A stretch of DNA of 59,932 nt, counting the filler. It is 4 parts of 4 records of this genome, joined end to end, with 100 filler letters (N's around TTAATTAATTAA, not from the genome) between each part and the next. Parts side by side here need not be neighbours in the genome. Positions count along the whole stretch, not along the records: positions 48,520 to 59,932 come from SRR31156797_5671; 3 more parts are not named here. The stretch is one strand, 5' to 3'. Under the pieces are notes generated by a model. The model did no database searches, was not told the DNA's origin, and was given only the letters and a program-made list of their open reading frames with translations. Below, in pieces: positions 59,911 through 59,932 of the stretch. Position 1 is the stretch's first letter; every line of letters begins with the position of its first letter. The translations under genes were made by a program, and so were the position numbers.

Positions 59911-59932
59911 GTTGGGTTACGCTGCGCTAACC
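59911..59932. repeat. Start of a REP-like palindrome at the contig end
   Basis: GTTGGGTTACGCTGCGCTAACC hairpin, cut by the end of the window. Confidence 0.5.

Noticed and set aside
48520-59932. Selenoprotein (UGA read-through) candidates near selC
   Set aside because: No gene appears truncated at an in-frame TGA in a Cys-equivalent position

Overview
The window is not one locus. It is four unrelated contigs joined by 100-nt N linkers, each carrying TTAATTAATTAA (16338-16437, 32858-32957, 48420-48519). Taxonomic guesses come from gene content only. Contig A (1-16337, Desulfovibrio-like) holds a caspase-domain lipoprotein, an LPP20/DUF4384-like pair, nitroreductase, MCP, TetR with a perfect operator, a molybdopterin oxidoreductase and a substrate-binding protein plus histidine kinase; it ends in the 5' end of a tRNA-Ala. 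Contig B (16438-32857, spirochaete-like) holds a sugar island: YhfX-like PLP enzyme, extended phosphohexomutase, GH94 phosphorylase, YesM/YesN-type two-component system and a sugar ABC transporter. Contig C (32958-48419, Bacteroidetes) holds T9SS-secreted GH105/88 and double-GH43 enzymes, a non-coding 5 x 41-bp array, a fucIKUP operon and arsRC-acr3. Contig D (48520-59932, deltaproteobacterial) is the edge of a prophage-like element next to tRNA-Sec, followed by dusB, an ispH-UbiA fusion, a GT2 and an AlkD-like gene. The strongest unannotated signal is in contig D: an apparently complete C4-type antisense RNA switch (cloverleaf RNA with paired a1/b1 and a2/b2 targets, a2 covering the RBS) controlling a BRO antirepressor. 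Around it are TTCCCAATTGGGAA operators, an integrase with an inserted HTH and altered catalytic box, and an attC-ended nuclease gene with an EF-Tu-like C-terminal barrel. All family calls are by eye from motifs; no searches were run.
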